64,000 bases of DNA, from assembly GCF_024298765.1 (NCBI RefSeq), contig NZ_CP101210.1; one strand, written 5' to 3'. The translations under genes were made by a program, and so were the position numbers. Origin of the DNA: Escherichia coli (GTDB lineage: Bacteria > Pseudomonadota > Gammaproteobacteria > Enterobacterales > Enterobacteriaceae). The notes beneath the pieces are model-generated. The model was given only the letters and a program-made list of their open reading frames with translations. It was not told the origin of the DNA and searched no databases. The first letter of the stretch is position 1. Every line of letters starts with the position of its first letter. Below are positions 29,592 through 41,439 of the stretch, piece by piece.

Positions 29592-30383
29592 TTAGCTGAT
29601 TAACTGCTGAAAAATTCGGCTGCCGAAGTAGGCCAGTGTCAGAATGACTGCACCCGCAACGTTAAACCAGACGACGCGGCGTCCACGCCATCCTTCATGA
29701 TAATGTCCCCACAGCAGCACAATATAGACAAACCACGCCACGATAGAGAGCACGGCCTTGTCGATATTTTCCATGCTAAATAAGTTGTGCATGTAGAACA
29801 GGCCAGTGCAAAGAGTGAGCGTTAGCAGCACCACGCCAATCTGCGTGATATGGAACATTTTACGCTCGATACTCATCAATGGCGGCATTTCCTGGTTAAA
29901 TGCCAGCTTCTTGTTCTTCAGTTGGTAATCAATCCACGCCAGTTGCAGCGCGTACAGGGCAGCGATAATTAGCGTGGCATAGGAAAAAAGCGATAAGCCA
30001 ATGTGCACCAGCATCCCCGGCGTTGCTTCCAGATGGGTGATGTATTCATTGGGCATGAAGGTCGCCAGCGCCAGGTTGATAAGCGCAAAGGCATAGACAA
30101 TGGGTAGCAACAACCAGCCACGATTGCGAGAAGCCACAATGGTCATTACCGTACAGATCATCAAACTGACCAATGAACCAACGTTCAGCAGGCTGAGGTT
30201 TTGTCCGCTATCACCGTCGGGCAGGATGCGGGCTTCCAGAGCGATTGCGTGGCAGACCAGCGCAATGACCGCAGAAATAATAGCCATGCGCCGCCAGCCG
30301 CCGTTTTTTTGCAGCAGACCGGGAACAATCAGCGCAAGACTGACGGAGTAGGCGACAAGCGCGAGCAGAGCAAAAACGGGCAT
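29592..30383 (-). CDS. ypjD: Cytochrome c assembly-family inner membrane protein YpjD
   Basis: 263 aa from MPVFALLALVAYSV. The ORF-track start 30458 is an upstream extension. Confidence 0.85.
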   Translation of the reverse strand: MPVFALLALVAYSVSLALIVPGLLQKNGGWRRMAIISAVIALVCHAIALEARILPDGDSGQNLSLLNVGSLVSLMICTVMTIVASRNRGWLLLPIVYAFALINLALATFMPNEYITHLEATPGMLVHIGLSLFSYATLIIAALYALQLAWIDYQLKNKKLAFNQEMPPLMSIERKMFHITQIGVVLLTLTLCTGLFYMHNLFSMENIDKAVLSIVAWFVYIVLLWGHYHEGWRGRRVVWFNVAGAVILTLAYFGSRIFQQLIS

Positions 30384-30549
30384 AGTAATGTCGACAGTTT
30401 GAGCAATAAGAAAGAGAAGCAGTATAGCGTCAGGTGAACGCTGCTCCAACCGTTGCATAACAACAAAGACGCCTTCATGTTATACTGCGGCAAAATACTG
30501 ATGATGTGTCGCGATTGCGGCCAACCGTTTCCACCCCAGGCGAGAGACA

Positions 30550-31911
30550 ATGTTTGATAATTTAACCGATCGTTTGTCGCGCACGCTGCGCAATATCAGT
30601 GGCCGTGGACGCCTCACTGAAGACAACGTAAAAGATACGCTGCGCGAAGTGCGCATGGCGCTGCTGGAGGCGGACGTCGCTCTGCCGGTAGTGCGTGAGT
30701 TTATCAATCGCGTAAAAGAGAAAGCGGTTGGTCATGAAGTTAATAAGAGCCTGACGCCGGGGCAGGAGTTCGTCAAAATCGTCCGTAACGAACTGGTTGC
30801 GGCGATGGGCGAAGAGAACCAGACCCTGAACCTGGCTGCGCAACCGCCTGCGGTCGTGCTGATGGCGGGCCTGCAAGGTGCCGGTAAAACAACCAGCGTT
30901 GGTAAACTCGGTAAGTTCCTGCGCGAGAAGCACAAGAAGAAAGTGCTGGTGGTTTCTGCCGACGTTTATCGCCCGGCGGCAATCAAACAGCTTGAGACGT
31001 TGGCAGAGCAGGTGGGCGTTGATTTCTTCCCTTCTGATGTTGGTCAGAAGCCGGTAGATATCGTTAACGCGGCGCTGAAAGAAGCCAAACTGAAATTCTA
31101 CGACGTGCTGCTGGTGGATACCGCTGGTCGTCTGCACGTTGACGAAGCGATGATGGACGAGATCAAACAAGTCCATGCGTCGATTAACCCGGTTGAAACC
31201 CTATTTGTGGTTGACGCCATGACCGGTCAGGATGCGGCCAATACGGCAAAAGCATTCAATGAAGCGTTACCGCTTACCGGCGTAGTGTTGACCAAAGTGG
31301 ACGGCGATGCCCGCGGCGGTGCGGCGCTCTCTATTCGTCACATCACTGGCAAACCGATCAAGTTCCTCGGTGTTGGCGAGAAAACTGAGGCGCTGGAGCC
31401 GTTCCATCCGGACCGCATCGCGTCGCGTATTCTCGGCATGGGCGACGTACTGTCACTGATCGAAGATATCGAAAGCAAAGTTGACCGCGCGCAGGCAGAG
31501 AAATTAGCCAGCAAGTTAAAAAAAGGCGACGGCTTCGATCTCAACGACTTCCTTGAGCAACTGCGCCAGATGAAAAATATGGGCGGCATGGCCAGCTTGA
31601 TGGGCAAACTGCCGGGCATGGGGCAGATCCCGGATAACGTCAAGTCGCAGATGGACGATAAAGTGCTGGTGCGTATGGAAGCCATCATCAACTCGATGAC
31701 GATGAAAGAGCGCGCTAAGCCAGAAATCATCAAAGGTTCGCGTAAACGCCGTATCGCTGCCGGTTGCGGTATGCAGGTGCAGGACGTTAACCGTCTTCTG
31801 AAACAGTTCGACGACATGCAGCGCATGATGAAGAAAATGAAGAAGGGCGGGATGGCGAAGATGATGAGAAGCATGAAGGGTATGATGCCGCCGGGATTTC
31901 CTGGTCGCTAA
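30550..31911 (+). CDS. ffh: Signal recognition particle protein Ffh
   Basis: 453 aa with GLQGAGKTT, DTAGR, TKVDGD and a Met-rich C-terminal M domain. Confidence 0.97.
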   Translation: MFDNLTDRLSRTLRNISGRGRLTEDNVKDTLREVRMALLEADVALPVVREFINRVKEKAVGHEVNKSLTPGQEFVKIVRNELVAAMGEENQTLNLAAQPPAVVLMAGLQGAGKTTSVGKLGKFLREKHKKKVLVVSADVYRPAAIKQLETLAEQVGVDFFPSDVGQKPVDIVNAALKEAKLKFYDVLLVDTAGRLHVDEAMMDEIKQVHASINPVETLFVVDAMTGQDAANTAKAFNEALPLTGVVLTKVDGDARGGAALSIRHITGKPIKFLGVGEKTEALEPFHPDRIASRILGMGDVLSLIEDIESKVDRAQAEKLASKLKKGDGFDLNDFLEQLRQMKNMGGMASLMGKLPGMGQIPDNVKSQMDDKVLVRMEAIINSMTMKERAKPEIIKGSRKRRIAAGCGMQVQDVNRLLKQFDDMQRMMKKMKKGGMAKMMRSMKGMMPPGFPGR

Positions 31912-32081
31912 TCGGCCTGGCTTGTTTGCCATTTTGGCACCGGGGTGTGCTCGTCATCCTCACGTATTGCGTGTACGCTCCGGTGACTGCGCGCACTCCG
32001 GCACCAAACTGGCTGCACCGCCGACGGCCTTTTACAGCAGAGTTAGCAACTGTTGATTGCAATTTCTGCAAAAATGAGTAA

Positions 32082-32408
<327 letters not shown>

Positions 32409-32426
32409 TCTGTCACGGTGGTCATG

Positions 32427-32975
32427 ATGAGCAAACAACTCACCGCGCAAGCACCTGTTGATCCCATCGTTTTGGGAAAAATGGGTTCGTCTTACGGTAT
32501 TCGTGGGTGGCTCAGAGTGTTTTCTTCCACCGAAGACGCCGAAAGCATTTTTGACTATCAGCCCTGGTTTATCCAGAAGGCGGGTCAGTGGCAGCAAGTC
32601 CAGCTGGAAAGCTGGAAGCACCACAATCAGGACATGATCATCAAGCTGAAAGGCGTTGACGATCGTGATGCGGCGAACCTGCTGACGAATTGTGAAATTG
32701 TCGTGGATTCATCGCAGCTGCCTCAGCTTGAAGAGGGTGACTACTACTGGAAAGACCTGATGGGCTGCCAGGTAGTAACCACTGAAGGCTACGATCTCGG
32801 TAAAGTCGTCGATATGATGGAAACCGGATCTAATGACGTTCTCGTCATTAAGGCAAACCTGAAAGATGCGTTTGGTATCAAGGAACGTCTCGTACCGTTC
32901 CTCGATGGGCAGGTTATCAAGAAAGTCGATCTCACTACTCGTTCAATCGAAGTAGATTGGGATCCTGGTTTTTAA
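32427..32975 (+). CDS. rimM: 16S rRNA processing protein RimM
   Basis: 182 aa from [18 protein letters not shown]. Confidence 0.95.
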
Positions 32976-33005
32976 ACCACCGGATAAACGGTAAAAGACG
33001 GCGCT

Positions 33006-33773
33006 ATGTGGATTGGCATAATTAGCCTGTTTCCTGAAATGTTCCGCGCAATTACCGATTACGGGGTAACTGGCCGGGCAGTTAAAAATGGCCTGCTGAG
33101 CATCCAGAGTTGGAGTCCTCGCGACTTCACGCATGACCGGCACCGTACCGTGGACGATCGTCCTTACGGCGGCGGACCGGGGATGTTAATGATGGTGCAA
33201 CCCTTGCGGGACGCCATTCATGCAGCAAAAGCCGCGGCGGGTGAAGGCGCAAAGGTGATTTATCTGTCACCACAGGGACGCAAGCTTGATCAAGCGGGCG
33301 TCAGCGAACTGGCAACGAATCAAAAATTGATTCTGGTGTGCGGTCGCTACGAAGGTATAGATGAGCGCGTGATCCAAACCGAAATTGACGAAGAATGGTC
33401 AATCGGCGATTACGTTCTCAGTGGTGGTGAGTTACCAGCAATGACGCTGATTGACTCCGTTTCCCGGTTTATTCCGGGAGTACTGGGACATGAAGCCTCG
33501 GCAACGGAAGATTCCTTTGCTGAAGGATTGCTGGATTGCCCGCACTATACGCGGCCTGAGGTGTTAGAAGGGATGGAAGTTCCGCCAGTGTTACTGTCGG
33601 GCAACCATGCCGAGATACGTCGCTGGCGTTTGAAACAGTCGCTGGGCCGTACCTGGCTTAGAAGACCTGAACTTCTGGAAAACCTGGCTCTGACTGAAGA
33701 GCAAGCAAGGTTGCTGGCGGAGTTCAAAACGGAACACGCACAACAGCAACATAAACATGATGGGATGGCGTAA
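33006..33773 (+). CDS. trmD: tRNA (guanine37-N1)-methyltransferase TrmD
   Basis: 255 aa, [13 protein letters not shown].... Confidence 0.97.
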
Positions 33774-33811
33774 GCCCCCGAGATATCAGTTTACCCAGGA
33801 TAAGAGATTAA

Positions 33812-34162
<351 letters not shown>

Positions 34163-34192
34163 GATTTCGCTTAAGCGACATCCTGTTAAGAA

Positions 34193-34221
34193 GGGCTGGC
34201 CAATTGGCTGGCCCTTTTTTT
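34193..34221 (+). terminator. Terminator of the rpsP-rimM-trmD-rplS operon
   Basis: gggctggccaattggctggccc followed by ttttttt. Confidence 0.8.
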
Positions 34222-34238
34222 GTCTGTTTGCTCGTGTT

Positions 34239-34721
34239 TTAAGGGGTTGTAATCACCACTGCGACGCGGCGGTTCTCGGCGCGGCCCTGGGCGGTCTTGT
34301 TACTGGCTATGGGATATTTTTTTCCTAAACCCTGTGTGGTGAGATTGCTGCGTGGAATTTGTCCACCAATAGCCCATGCATCGGCCACGACATTCGCCCG
34401 TTTCAATGATAAGCCTTCGTTGTAACTGTCTTCACCATAGTTATCGGTGTGTCCATCCATACGGGCATGTGTTAGCCCTGTCGAGGCCAATTTGGCTGCC
34501 ATGGTTTGGATCTGTTGCTGGCTTTCCGGGAGCAATTTGTAGTCATTTTTTGCGAACAGAATGGCATCTGATAAGCCCAGCGACCAGTCGCCGGCGGATT
34601 CAGTAAATCCATAAGATTGCATAGCGGCGACTTGCTCAGGAGTAAACTTTCCCTGAGGGGACTGGCAGCCAGTCAGTATTAGCGAGGTGAAAATCAGGGG
34701 TGCTACCAGGTGCTTTATCAT
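34239..34721 (-). CDS. yfiB: OmpA-family outer membrane lipoprotein YfiB
   Basis: 160 aa with lipobox LTGCQ and a C-terminal OmpA-like peptidoglycan-binding motif (NRRV). Confidence 0.95.
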   Translation of the reverse strand: MIKHLVAPLIFTSLILTGCQSPQGKFTPEQVAAMQSYGFTESAGDWSLGLSDAILFAKNDYKLLPESQQQIQTMAAKLASTGLTHARMDGHTDNYGEDSYNEGLSLKRANVVADAWAIGGQIPRSNLTTQGLGKKYPIASNKTAQGRAENRRVAVVITTP

Positions 34722-34736
34722 ATCGATATATCCTTG

Positions 34737-35963
34737 TTATCTCACCAGCTTTTCGGCACGCTGGTGTTTGGCCTGATACATATTGTGATCGGCAAGCTCT
34801 TGTAATTTTTCCGCAGAGGCGTGCTCAATGGTCATCGCGTAACCAATGCTTAATGTCATGGTGGTCTGATGGCCATTATGAAGATCAAACGGGAGATTAA
34901 AGATTTGTGTCAGTGCTGAGCATATCTGCTGCACTTCAGATTCCGACTGTACATCATAGAGCACCATAGCGAATTCATCGCCGCCCAGGCGGTATGCTTT
35001 ATGTCGCAGCCCGCCAAATTCAGCTAACCGTTTTGCGATTTCAATCAAGACTCTATCGCCCGTCGCATGACCCCAGGTATCATTGATATATTTGAAATTA
35101 TCGCCATCAAGAAATAGTAACGCCGACGTTTTTCGGGCGTCGGAACTGCTCATCAATGTGTTGATGCCGCTACGAAACGCTGCGCGGTTAGCCAGCCCGG
35201 TTAATGGGTCATGTAGCGCGGTACGCAGAAGCTGCGCATTTTTGGCCTGTAAACGAAGCTGCCACTCTTCCATTTCATCAAGCAGACTGTTGAAGTCGAG
35301 AGCGAAGCGGTGAAACTCAGCGATACGTTCTTCCGAAACTCGTCGGGAAAAATTGCGGTTGGAACGCACATCATGTACGACATCGGTGATATTTTTCAGT
35401 GCTTCCACCAGGCCATTGTGCAAATGGCGGGTGAGGGTAATTGCGATTCCTGATGCCAGCAGAATACAACCGGTCAGTACGGCGAGCGAAAACCAGATGA
35501 AATGGCTGATTGAACTGTCGCGAGCGGTTAAGCGTACTTCGCCAATGGTTTCGCCATTGTGACGAATCGGCTGAATGATGGGGGCAGGGAAGAGCCAGTG
35601 GCTTATGAAATTGCTGAAAGTATCGCCTGGATCCTTACGGGTGTAATGCCAGGATGCCAGAATATTTTGCTGCTTATCACGTACTTCTGCAGTTGAAAAT
35701 TGCCCTTGCTGGCCCAGCGCTGCCAGTGTTTCAGTTGCTGCAGGGCCATCGGCAAAAACGACCGCTGCTTCCAGACTGTAAGTCATTGTTGCTGCTGTCA
35801 GTGCCAGGTTTTTTTGCGCGTACTGTTTCAGGGTCAGCACCGAGGTCACGGAAAGCAGCAACCAGATCAGCATCATAGTGATAAATATGCTGGTCATACT
35901 GATGTTGCGTAATGCTCTTTTAAACGTGGGGCGCTTATTAAGAGAATTATCGTTATCCATCAT
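34737..35963 (-). CDS. dgcN: Diguanylate cyclase DgcN (YfiN)
   Basis: 408 aa: two TM segments, HAMP, and a GGDEF domain (RLGGDEF). Confidence 0.95.
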
Positions 35964-36471
35964 TTTTCTTCCGTGCGAGCATCAAGACATCCGGGTTGAC
36001 CTTTACACCGCTACGCGATAAGGCATCCAGGTTTACGGCAAATCTGACGTCATTATTGTGGATGATCAGACAAAAGGCGCTACCAATAATGCACTCGGTA
36101 TTTTGTTCGGCAATTAATAATAACGCCTTTGACGGATATTGTTCGGTTAATTCCATCTGGAATGTCGGTGACTCATTGCCAAAATAAAAACCATTGCAGC
36201 CTGAAATCATCGCCTCTTGTTGAGTGTGAATGATGACAGGCAGATAAGGCAAAGATGTCGCGGCATTCTCTTGTAGGGCGGTACTAAAACGTGAAGATGA
36301 AAAGATACATAACTTTGGTGGCCCTGATAGCGCAGGCCAGCGGGTGTAACTGACAATACCGGAAACCATCATACGCACGTTTTTCGCAACGTCAGAAGGC
36401 TCCTGAGCGAGTATTGGTGCTCCCGTCAGCAGGAGAATCAGAAGTAAGAACAGTCGGTGAGAAAAACGCAT
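35953..36471 (-). CDS. yfiR: Periplasmic repressor of DgcN, YfiR
   Basis: 172 aa with a signal peptide. It is the first gene of yfiRNB and overlaps the dgcN start. Confidence 0.93.
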
Positions 36472-36620
36472 TCAGGGATCCCCACCATCTTCGCTCGAAA
36501 TGCATCGATATTTTTTCAGAATGCTCATTAAAATATCATTTTTTCATGCGATCGTCATCATTGTGAGAAATAAAACATAATGAGTAAAATCTTATGTTTA
36601 ATTTATTTGTGGGGTTTTAA

Positions 36621-36986
36621 TTAATTTAATCGTATTGTGCTGGCATTTTCATCAGCCCCTTTTTGCCATACTTCATGCAGTTGGCTTGTATTTTCAACAT
36701 TGTTGCAGCTGGCAGGAAAGCTTTTACCGGAAAGTCCTCGGGCATAAGTAAAATCGGTCTGGCAAGTTTTCTTTTGTCCTTCGGCATATCCTTTAAGGTA
36801 TAGACCGCGATCCGCCTGTGAATCGCTAAATGCATCGTCATCTTTTATGGTGCTGCCCGATATCGCATCTTCCATACCGCCATCATACCAGTCGGTGCTG
36901 GTCAAGGTTGGCGCGTGAGTATAAGGATCAATCTGACATCCGCTAACCAGTAAAGCCAACAAGGGGGCAATAAACTTTTTCATCAT
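36621..36986 (-). CDS. yfiL: Lipoprotein YfiL
   Basis: 121 aa from MMKKFIAPLLALLVSGCQ (lipobox). Confidence 0.85.
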   Translation of the reverse strand: MMKKFIAPLLALLVSGCQIDPYTHAPTLTSTDWYDGGMEDAISGSTIKDDDAFSDSQADRGLYLKGYAEGQKKTCQTDFTYARGLSGKSFPASCNNVENTSQLHEVWQKGADENASTIRLN

Positions 36987-37031
36987 TTCTTTCTCCTTTT
37001 TCAAAGCATAGCGGATTGTTTTCAAAGGTGG

Positions 37032-37124
37032 TGTAAATTTATTTATACATAAACAAGGGTTAAAAGCGCGAATAAATTGCTTGTGTAAAGAAAAATGTAC
37101 GAAATATGGATTGAAAACTTTACT
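37032..37124 (+). promoter_or_regulatory. aroF promoter region with three TyrR boxes
   Basis: tgtaaatttatttataca (37032-37049), tgtaaagaaaaatgtacg (37084-37101) and tggattgaaaactttact (37107-37124) fit TGTAAA-N6-TTTACA to varying degrees. Confidence 0.65.
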
Positions 37125-37195
37125 TTATGTGTTATCGTTACGTCATCCTCGCTGAGGATCAACTATCGCAAACGAGCATAAACAGGATCGCCATC

Positions 37196-38266
37196 ATGCA
37201 AAAAGACGCGCTGAATAACGTACATATTACCGACGAACAAGTTTTAATGACTCCGGAACAACTGAAGGCCGCTTTTCCATTAAGCCTGCAACAGGAAGCC
37301 CAGATTGCTGACTCGCGTAAAACCATTTCAGATATTATCGCCGGGCGCGATCCTCGTCTGTTGGTAGTCTGTGGTCCTTGTTCCATTCATGATCCGGAAA
37401 CTGCTCTGGAATATGCTCGTCGATTTAAAGCCCTTGCCGCAGAGGTCAGCGATAGCCTCTATCTGGTAATGCGCGTCTATTTTGAAAAACCCCGTACCAC
37501 TGTCGGTTGGAAAGGGTTGATTAACGATCCCCATATGGATGGCTCTTTTGATGTAGAAGCCGGGCTGCAGATCGCGCGTAAATTGCTGCTTGAGCTGGTG
37601 AATATGGGACTGCCACTGGCGACGGAAGCGTTAGATCCTAATAGCCCGCAATACCTGGGCGATCTGTTTAGCTGGTCAGCAATTGGTGCTCGTACAACGG
37701 AATCGCAAACACACCGTGAAATGGCCTCCGGGCTTTCCATGCCGGTTGGTTTTAAAAACGGCACCGACGGCAGCCTTGCAACGGCTATTAACGCTATGCG
37801 TGCCGCCGCCCAGCCGCACCGTTTTGTTGGCATTAACCAGGCAGGGCAGGTGGCGTTGCTACAAACTCAGGGGAATCCGGACGGGCATGTGATCCTGCGC
37901 GGTGGTAAAGCGCCGAACTATAGCCCTGCGGATGTTGCGCAATGTGAAAAAGAGATGGAACAGGCGGGACTGCGCCCGTCTCTGATGGTAGATTGCAGCC
38001 ACGGTAATTCCAATAAAGATTATCGCCGTCAGCCTGCGGTGGCAGAATCCGTGGTTGCTCAAATCAAAGATGGCAATCGCTCAATTATTGGTCTGATGAT
38101 CGAAAGTAATATCCACGAGGGCAATCAGTCTTCCGAGCAACCGCGCAGTGAAATGAAATACGGTGTATCCGTAACCGATGCCTGCATTAGCTGGGAAATG
38201 ACCGATGCCTTGCTGCGTGAAATTCATCAGGATCTGAACGGGCAGCTGACGGCTCGCGTGGCTTAA
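37196..38266 (+). CDS. aroF: DAHP synthase, Tyr-sensitive
   Basis: 356 aa from [23 protein letters not shown]. Confidence 0.97.
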   Translation: MQKDALNNVHITDEQVLMTPEQLKAAFPLSLQQEAQIADSRKTISDIIAGRDPRLLVVCGPCSIHDPETALEYARRFKALAAEVSDSLYLVMRVYFEKPRTTVGWKGLINDPHMDGSFDVEAGLQIARKLLLELVNMGLPLATEALDPNSPQYLGDLFSWSAIGARTTESQTHREMASGLSMPVGFKNGTDGSLATAINAMRAAAQPHRFVGINQAGQVALLQTQGNPDGHVILRGGKAPNYSPADVAQCEKEMEQAGLRPSLMVDCSHGNSNKDYRRQPAVAESVVAQIKDGNRSIIGLMIESNIHEGNQSSEQPRSEMKYGVSVTDACISWEMTDALLREIHQDLNGQLTARVA

Positions 38267-38276
38267 GAGGTTTATT

Positions 38277-39398
38277 ATGGTTGCTGAATTGACCGCATTA
38301 CGCGATCAAATTGATGAAGTCGATAAAGCGCTGCTGAATTTATTAGCGAAGCGTCTGGAACTGGTTGCTGAAGTGGGCGAGGTGAAAAGCCGCTTTGGAC
38401 TGCCTATTTATGTTCCGGAGCGCGAGGCATCTATATTGGCCTCGCGTCGTGCAGAGGCGGAAGCTCTGGGTGTACCGCCAGATCTGATTGAGGATGTTTT
38501 GCGTCGGGTGATGCGTGAATCTTACTCCAGTGAAAACGACAAAGGATTTAAAACGCTTTGTCCGTCACTGCGCCCGGTGGTTATCGTCGGCGGTGGCGGT
38601 CAGATGGGACGCCTGTTCGAGAAGATGCTGACACTATCGGGTTATCAGGTGCGGATTCTGGAGCAACATGACTGGGATCGAGCGGCTGAGATAGTTGCCG
38701 ATGCCGGAATGGTGATTGTTAGTGTGCCCATCCACGTTACTGAACAAGTTATTGGCAAATTACCGCCTTTACCGAAAGATTGTATTCTGGTCGATCTGGC
38801 ATCGGTGAAAAATGGACCATTACAGGCCATGCTGGCGGCGCATGATGGTCCGGTGCTGGGGTTACACCCGATGTTCGGCCCGGACAGCGGTAGCCTGGCA
38901 AAACAAGTTGTGGTCTGGTGTGATGGACGTAAGCCGGAAGCATACCAATGGTTTCTGGAGCAAATTCAGGTCTGGGGCGCTCGGCTGCATCGTATTAGCG
39001 CTGTCGAGCACGATCAGAATATGGCGTTTATTCAGGCACTGCGCCACTTTGCTACTTTTGCTTATGGGCTGCACCTGGCAGAAGAAAATGTTCAGCTTGA
39101 GCAACTTCTGGCGCTTTCTTCGCCGATTTACCGCCTTGAGCTGGCGATGGTTGGGCGACTGTTTGCCCAGGATCCGCAACTGTATGCCGACATTATTATG
39201 TCGTCAGAGCGTAATCTGGCGTTAATCAAACGTTACTATAAGCGTTTCGGCGAGGCGATTGAGTTGCTGGAGCAGGGCGATAAGCAGGCGTTTATTGACA
39301 GTTTCCGCAAGGTGGAGCACTGGTTCGGCGATTACGCACAGCGTTTTCAGAGTGAAAGCCGCGTGTTATTGCGTCAGGCGAATGACAACCGTCACTAA
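38277..39398 (+). CDS. tyrA: Chorismate mutase / prephenate dehydrogenase (T-protein)
   Basis: 373 aa, [26 protein letters not shown].... Confidence 0.97.
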   Translation: MVAELTALRDQIDEVDKALLNLLAKRLELVAEVGEVKSRFGLPIYVPEREASILASRRAEAEALGVPPDLIEDVLRRVMRESYSSENDKGFKTLCPSLRPVVIVGGGGQMGRLFEKMLTLSGYQVRILEQHDWDRAAEIVADAGMVIVSVPIHVTEQVIGKLPPLPKDCILVDLASVKNGPLQAMLAAHDGPVLGLHPMFGPDSGSLAKQVVVWCDGRKPEAYQWFLEQIQVWGARLHRISAVEHDQNMAFIQALRHFATFAYGLHLAEENVQLEQLLALSSPIYRLELAMVGRLFAQDPQLYADIIMSSERNLALIKRYYKRFGEAIELLEQGDKQAFIDSFRKVEHWFGDYAQRFQSESRVLLRQANDNRH

Positions 39399-39440
39399 TA
39401 ATCCAGTGCCGGGTGATTCACATCATCCGGCACCTTTTCA

Positions 39441-40601
39441 TCAGGTTGGATCAACAGGCACTACGTTCTCACTTGGGTAACAGCCCAATACCTTCATCGA
39501 ACGGGTGATGTCCCCTAACTCTTTCAATGCTTTTTGCATTTCCGCTGATTCAAGATTGGCCTGAATATCCAGATAAAACATCTCTTCCCATGGATTACCG
39601 TGAATCGGGCGTGACTCCAGACGGGTCATAATCAGATTGTGGTTGCGCAGTACCAGCAACGCTTCAACCAGCGCACCAGCTTGTTGCCCGGTCGCCATTA
39701 ACAACGTCGTTTTCGCTGGAACCTGGTCAGACACGTTAATGGCTTTACGTGCCAACACTACAAATCGGGTGAAGTTTTGTCGCTGATTCGCTTCAATACG
39801 CTCCAGTACCTGCAAACCGTACAAAGTGCCGCCAGCTTCGCTTCCCAACGCAGCAACATGCGGTGATTTTGCCTGTGCAACCTTTTCCATTGCCGCAGAC
39901 GTACTTTCGGTATATTCAATCTTCCATTGCGGATAACGATTAAGGAATTTGCTGCATTGCTGGAATGGCTGCGGATGGCTGTAGACCGTATTGATGGTGG
40001 ATAAATCAGTAGTGCCGGAGACCAACAAACAATGGTCGATAGTTAACGTCATCTCGCCAACAATCGACAAACTGGTATGTTGCAGCAGATCGTAAACGTC
40101 ATTTATGGCACCGGAGCTGGTATTTTCAATCGGTACGACGGCATAGTCGGCCTGGCCGGTTTCCACCTGATTAAAAATATCGGCAAATTTGGCGCAGCCA
40201 CTTTCAATGAATTGCTCAAAGTGACGGGCAGCATACTGGCGCGCCGCAAGATGGGAATAAGAACCTTTGGGGCCGAGAAAAGCGATGCGTGCTGAGTGCG
40301 GATTAATTTTATTGAGATGTTGCTGGAGCAAAGCCTGCTGAGTTAATACGGAATCTTCAATGATGAGCTGGAACAGGCGAGTAATGTAATGGGCGTCCAG
40401 ATGGTGCGCTTTACCGAGCGTAATTAATCTTTCCAGCAAATCGCGTTCACGATCAATATCACGTACCGGGCGATGCGAGAGCAGTTTGGCTTTTCCCACC
40501 TCGACGGCCAGTTCGCGTCGCTCTGCCAGTAATGCTAATAATTTTTCATCCAGCGCGCTGATTTTCTCTCGCAGCGCCAGTAACGGGTTTTCCGATGTCA
40601 T
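39441..40601 (-). CDS. pheA: Chorismate mutase / prephenate dehydratase (P-protein)
   Basis: 386 aa, [22 protein letters not shown].... Confidence 0.97.
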   Translation of the reverse strand: MTSENPLLALREKISALDEKLLALLAERRELAVEVGKAKLLSHRPVRDIDRERDLLERLITLGKAHHLDAHYITRLFQLIIEDSVLTQQALLQQHLNKINPHSARIAFLGPKGSYSHLAARQYAARHFEQFIESGCAKFADIFNQVETGQADYAVVPIENTSSGAINDVYDLLQHTSLSIVGEMTLTIDHCLLVSGTTDLSTINTVYSHPQPFQQCSKFLNRYPQWKIEYTESTSAAMEKVAQAKSPHVAALGSEAGGTLYGLQVLERIEANQRQNFTRFVVLARKAINVSDQVPAKTTLLMATGQQAGALVEALLVLRNHNLIMTRLESRPIHGNPWEEMFYLDIQANLESAEMQKALKELGDITRSMKVLGCYPSENVVPVDPT

Positions 40602-40623
40602 AGTGTTGCCTTTTTGTTATCAA

Positions 40624-40653
40624 TAAAAAAGGCCCCCCGATTTGGGAGGCCTT
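40624..40653 (-). terminator. pheA attenuator terminator
   Basis: On the minus strand: aaggcctcccaaatcggggggcctttttttatt, lying between pheL and pheA. Confidence 0.8.
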
Positions 40654-40699
40654 ATTGTTCGTCTTCGCATTCTGTTTCACACGACGAAACGCCTCCCAT

Positions 40700-40747
40700 T
40701 CAGGGGAAGGTAAAAAAGAATGCGAAGAAAAACGGTGTGTGTTTCAT
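40700..40747 (-). CDS. pheL: pheA leader peptide (15 aa, 7 Phe)
   Basis: The reverse complement reads ATGAAACACACACCGTTTTTCTTCGCATTCTTTTTTACCTTCCCCTGA, i.e. MKHTPFFFAFFFTFP. Confidence 0.9.
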   Translation of the reverse strand: MKHTPFFFAFFFTFP

Positions 40748-40850
40748 GTTTGTTTCCTTAAGTGACTTTAGTACAGTACCCGTACTGTTTTCACGCTGTC
40801 AACAAAAAACGCGCCCGAAGGCGCGTTGGCGATACACTCAATATAAAGGA

Positions 40851-41246
<396 letters not shown>

Positions 41247-41425
41247 TCAAAATGTGTGATGGAAATCTCATAATTTTGTCACTTTTTGTCAACGAATCTT
41301 TTTTGTGAGAAATCGCAGGAAGAGGTGTTTTTTTACTTGAGGAATATCTCAAAGCGAGCCATATTTGATGAGATCGATAGTGACTAAATCGCTTCAGTTT
41401 CACAACTAACAGAATAAAAAAACGG

Positions 41426-41439
41426 CAGCTCAAGGGCTG
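41426..41439. repeat. IS4 target-site duplication, left copy (cagctcaagggctg)
   Basis: Identical 14-mer at 42867-42880, directly abutting the two IS termini. Confidence 0.8.

Noticed and set aside
30562-31176. 204-aa minus-strand ORF, plus other antisense ORFs inside ffh (31338..31932)
   Set aside because: These are shadow frames of ffh with no independent signals.
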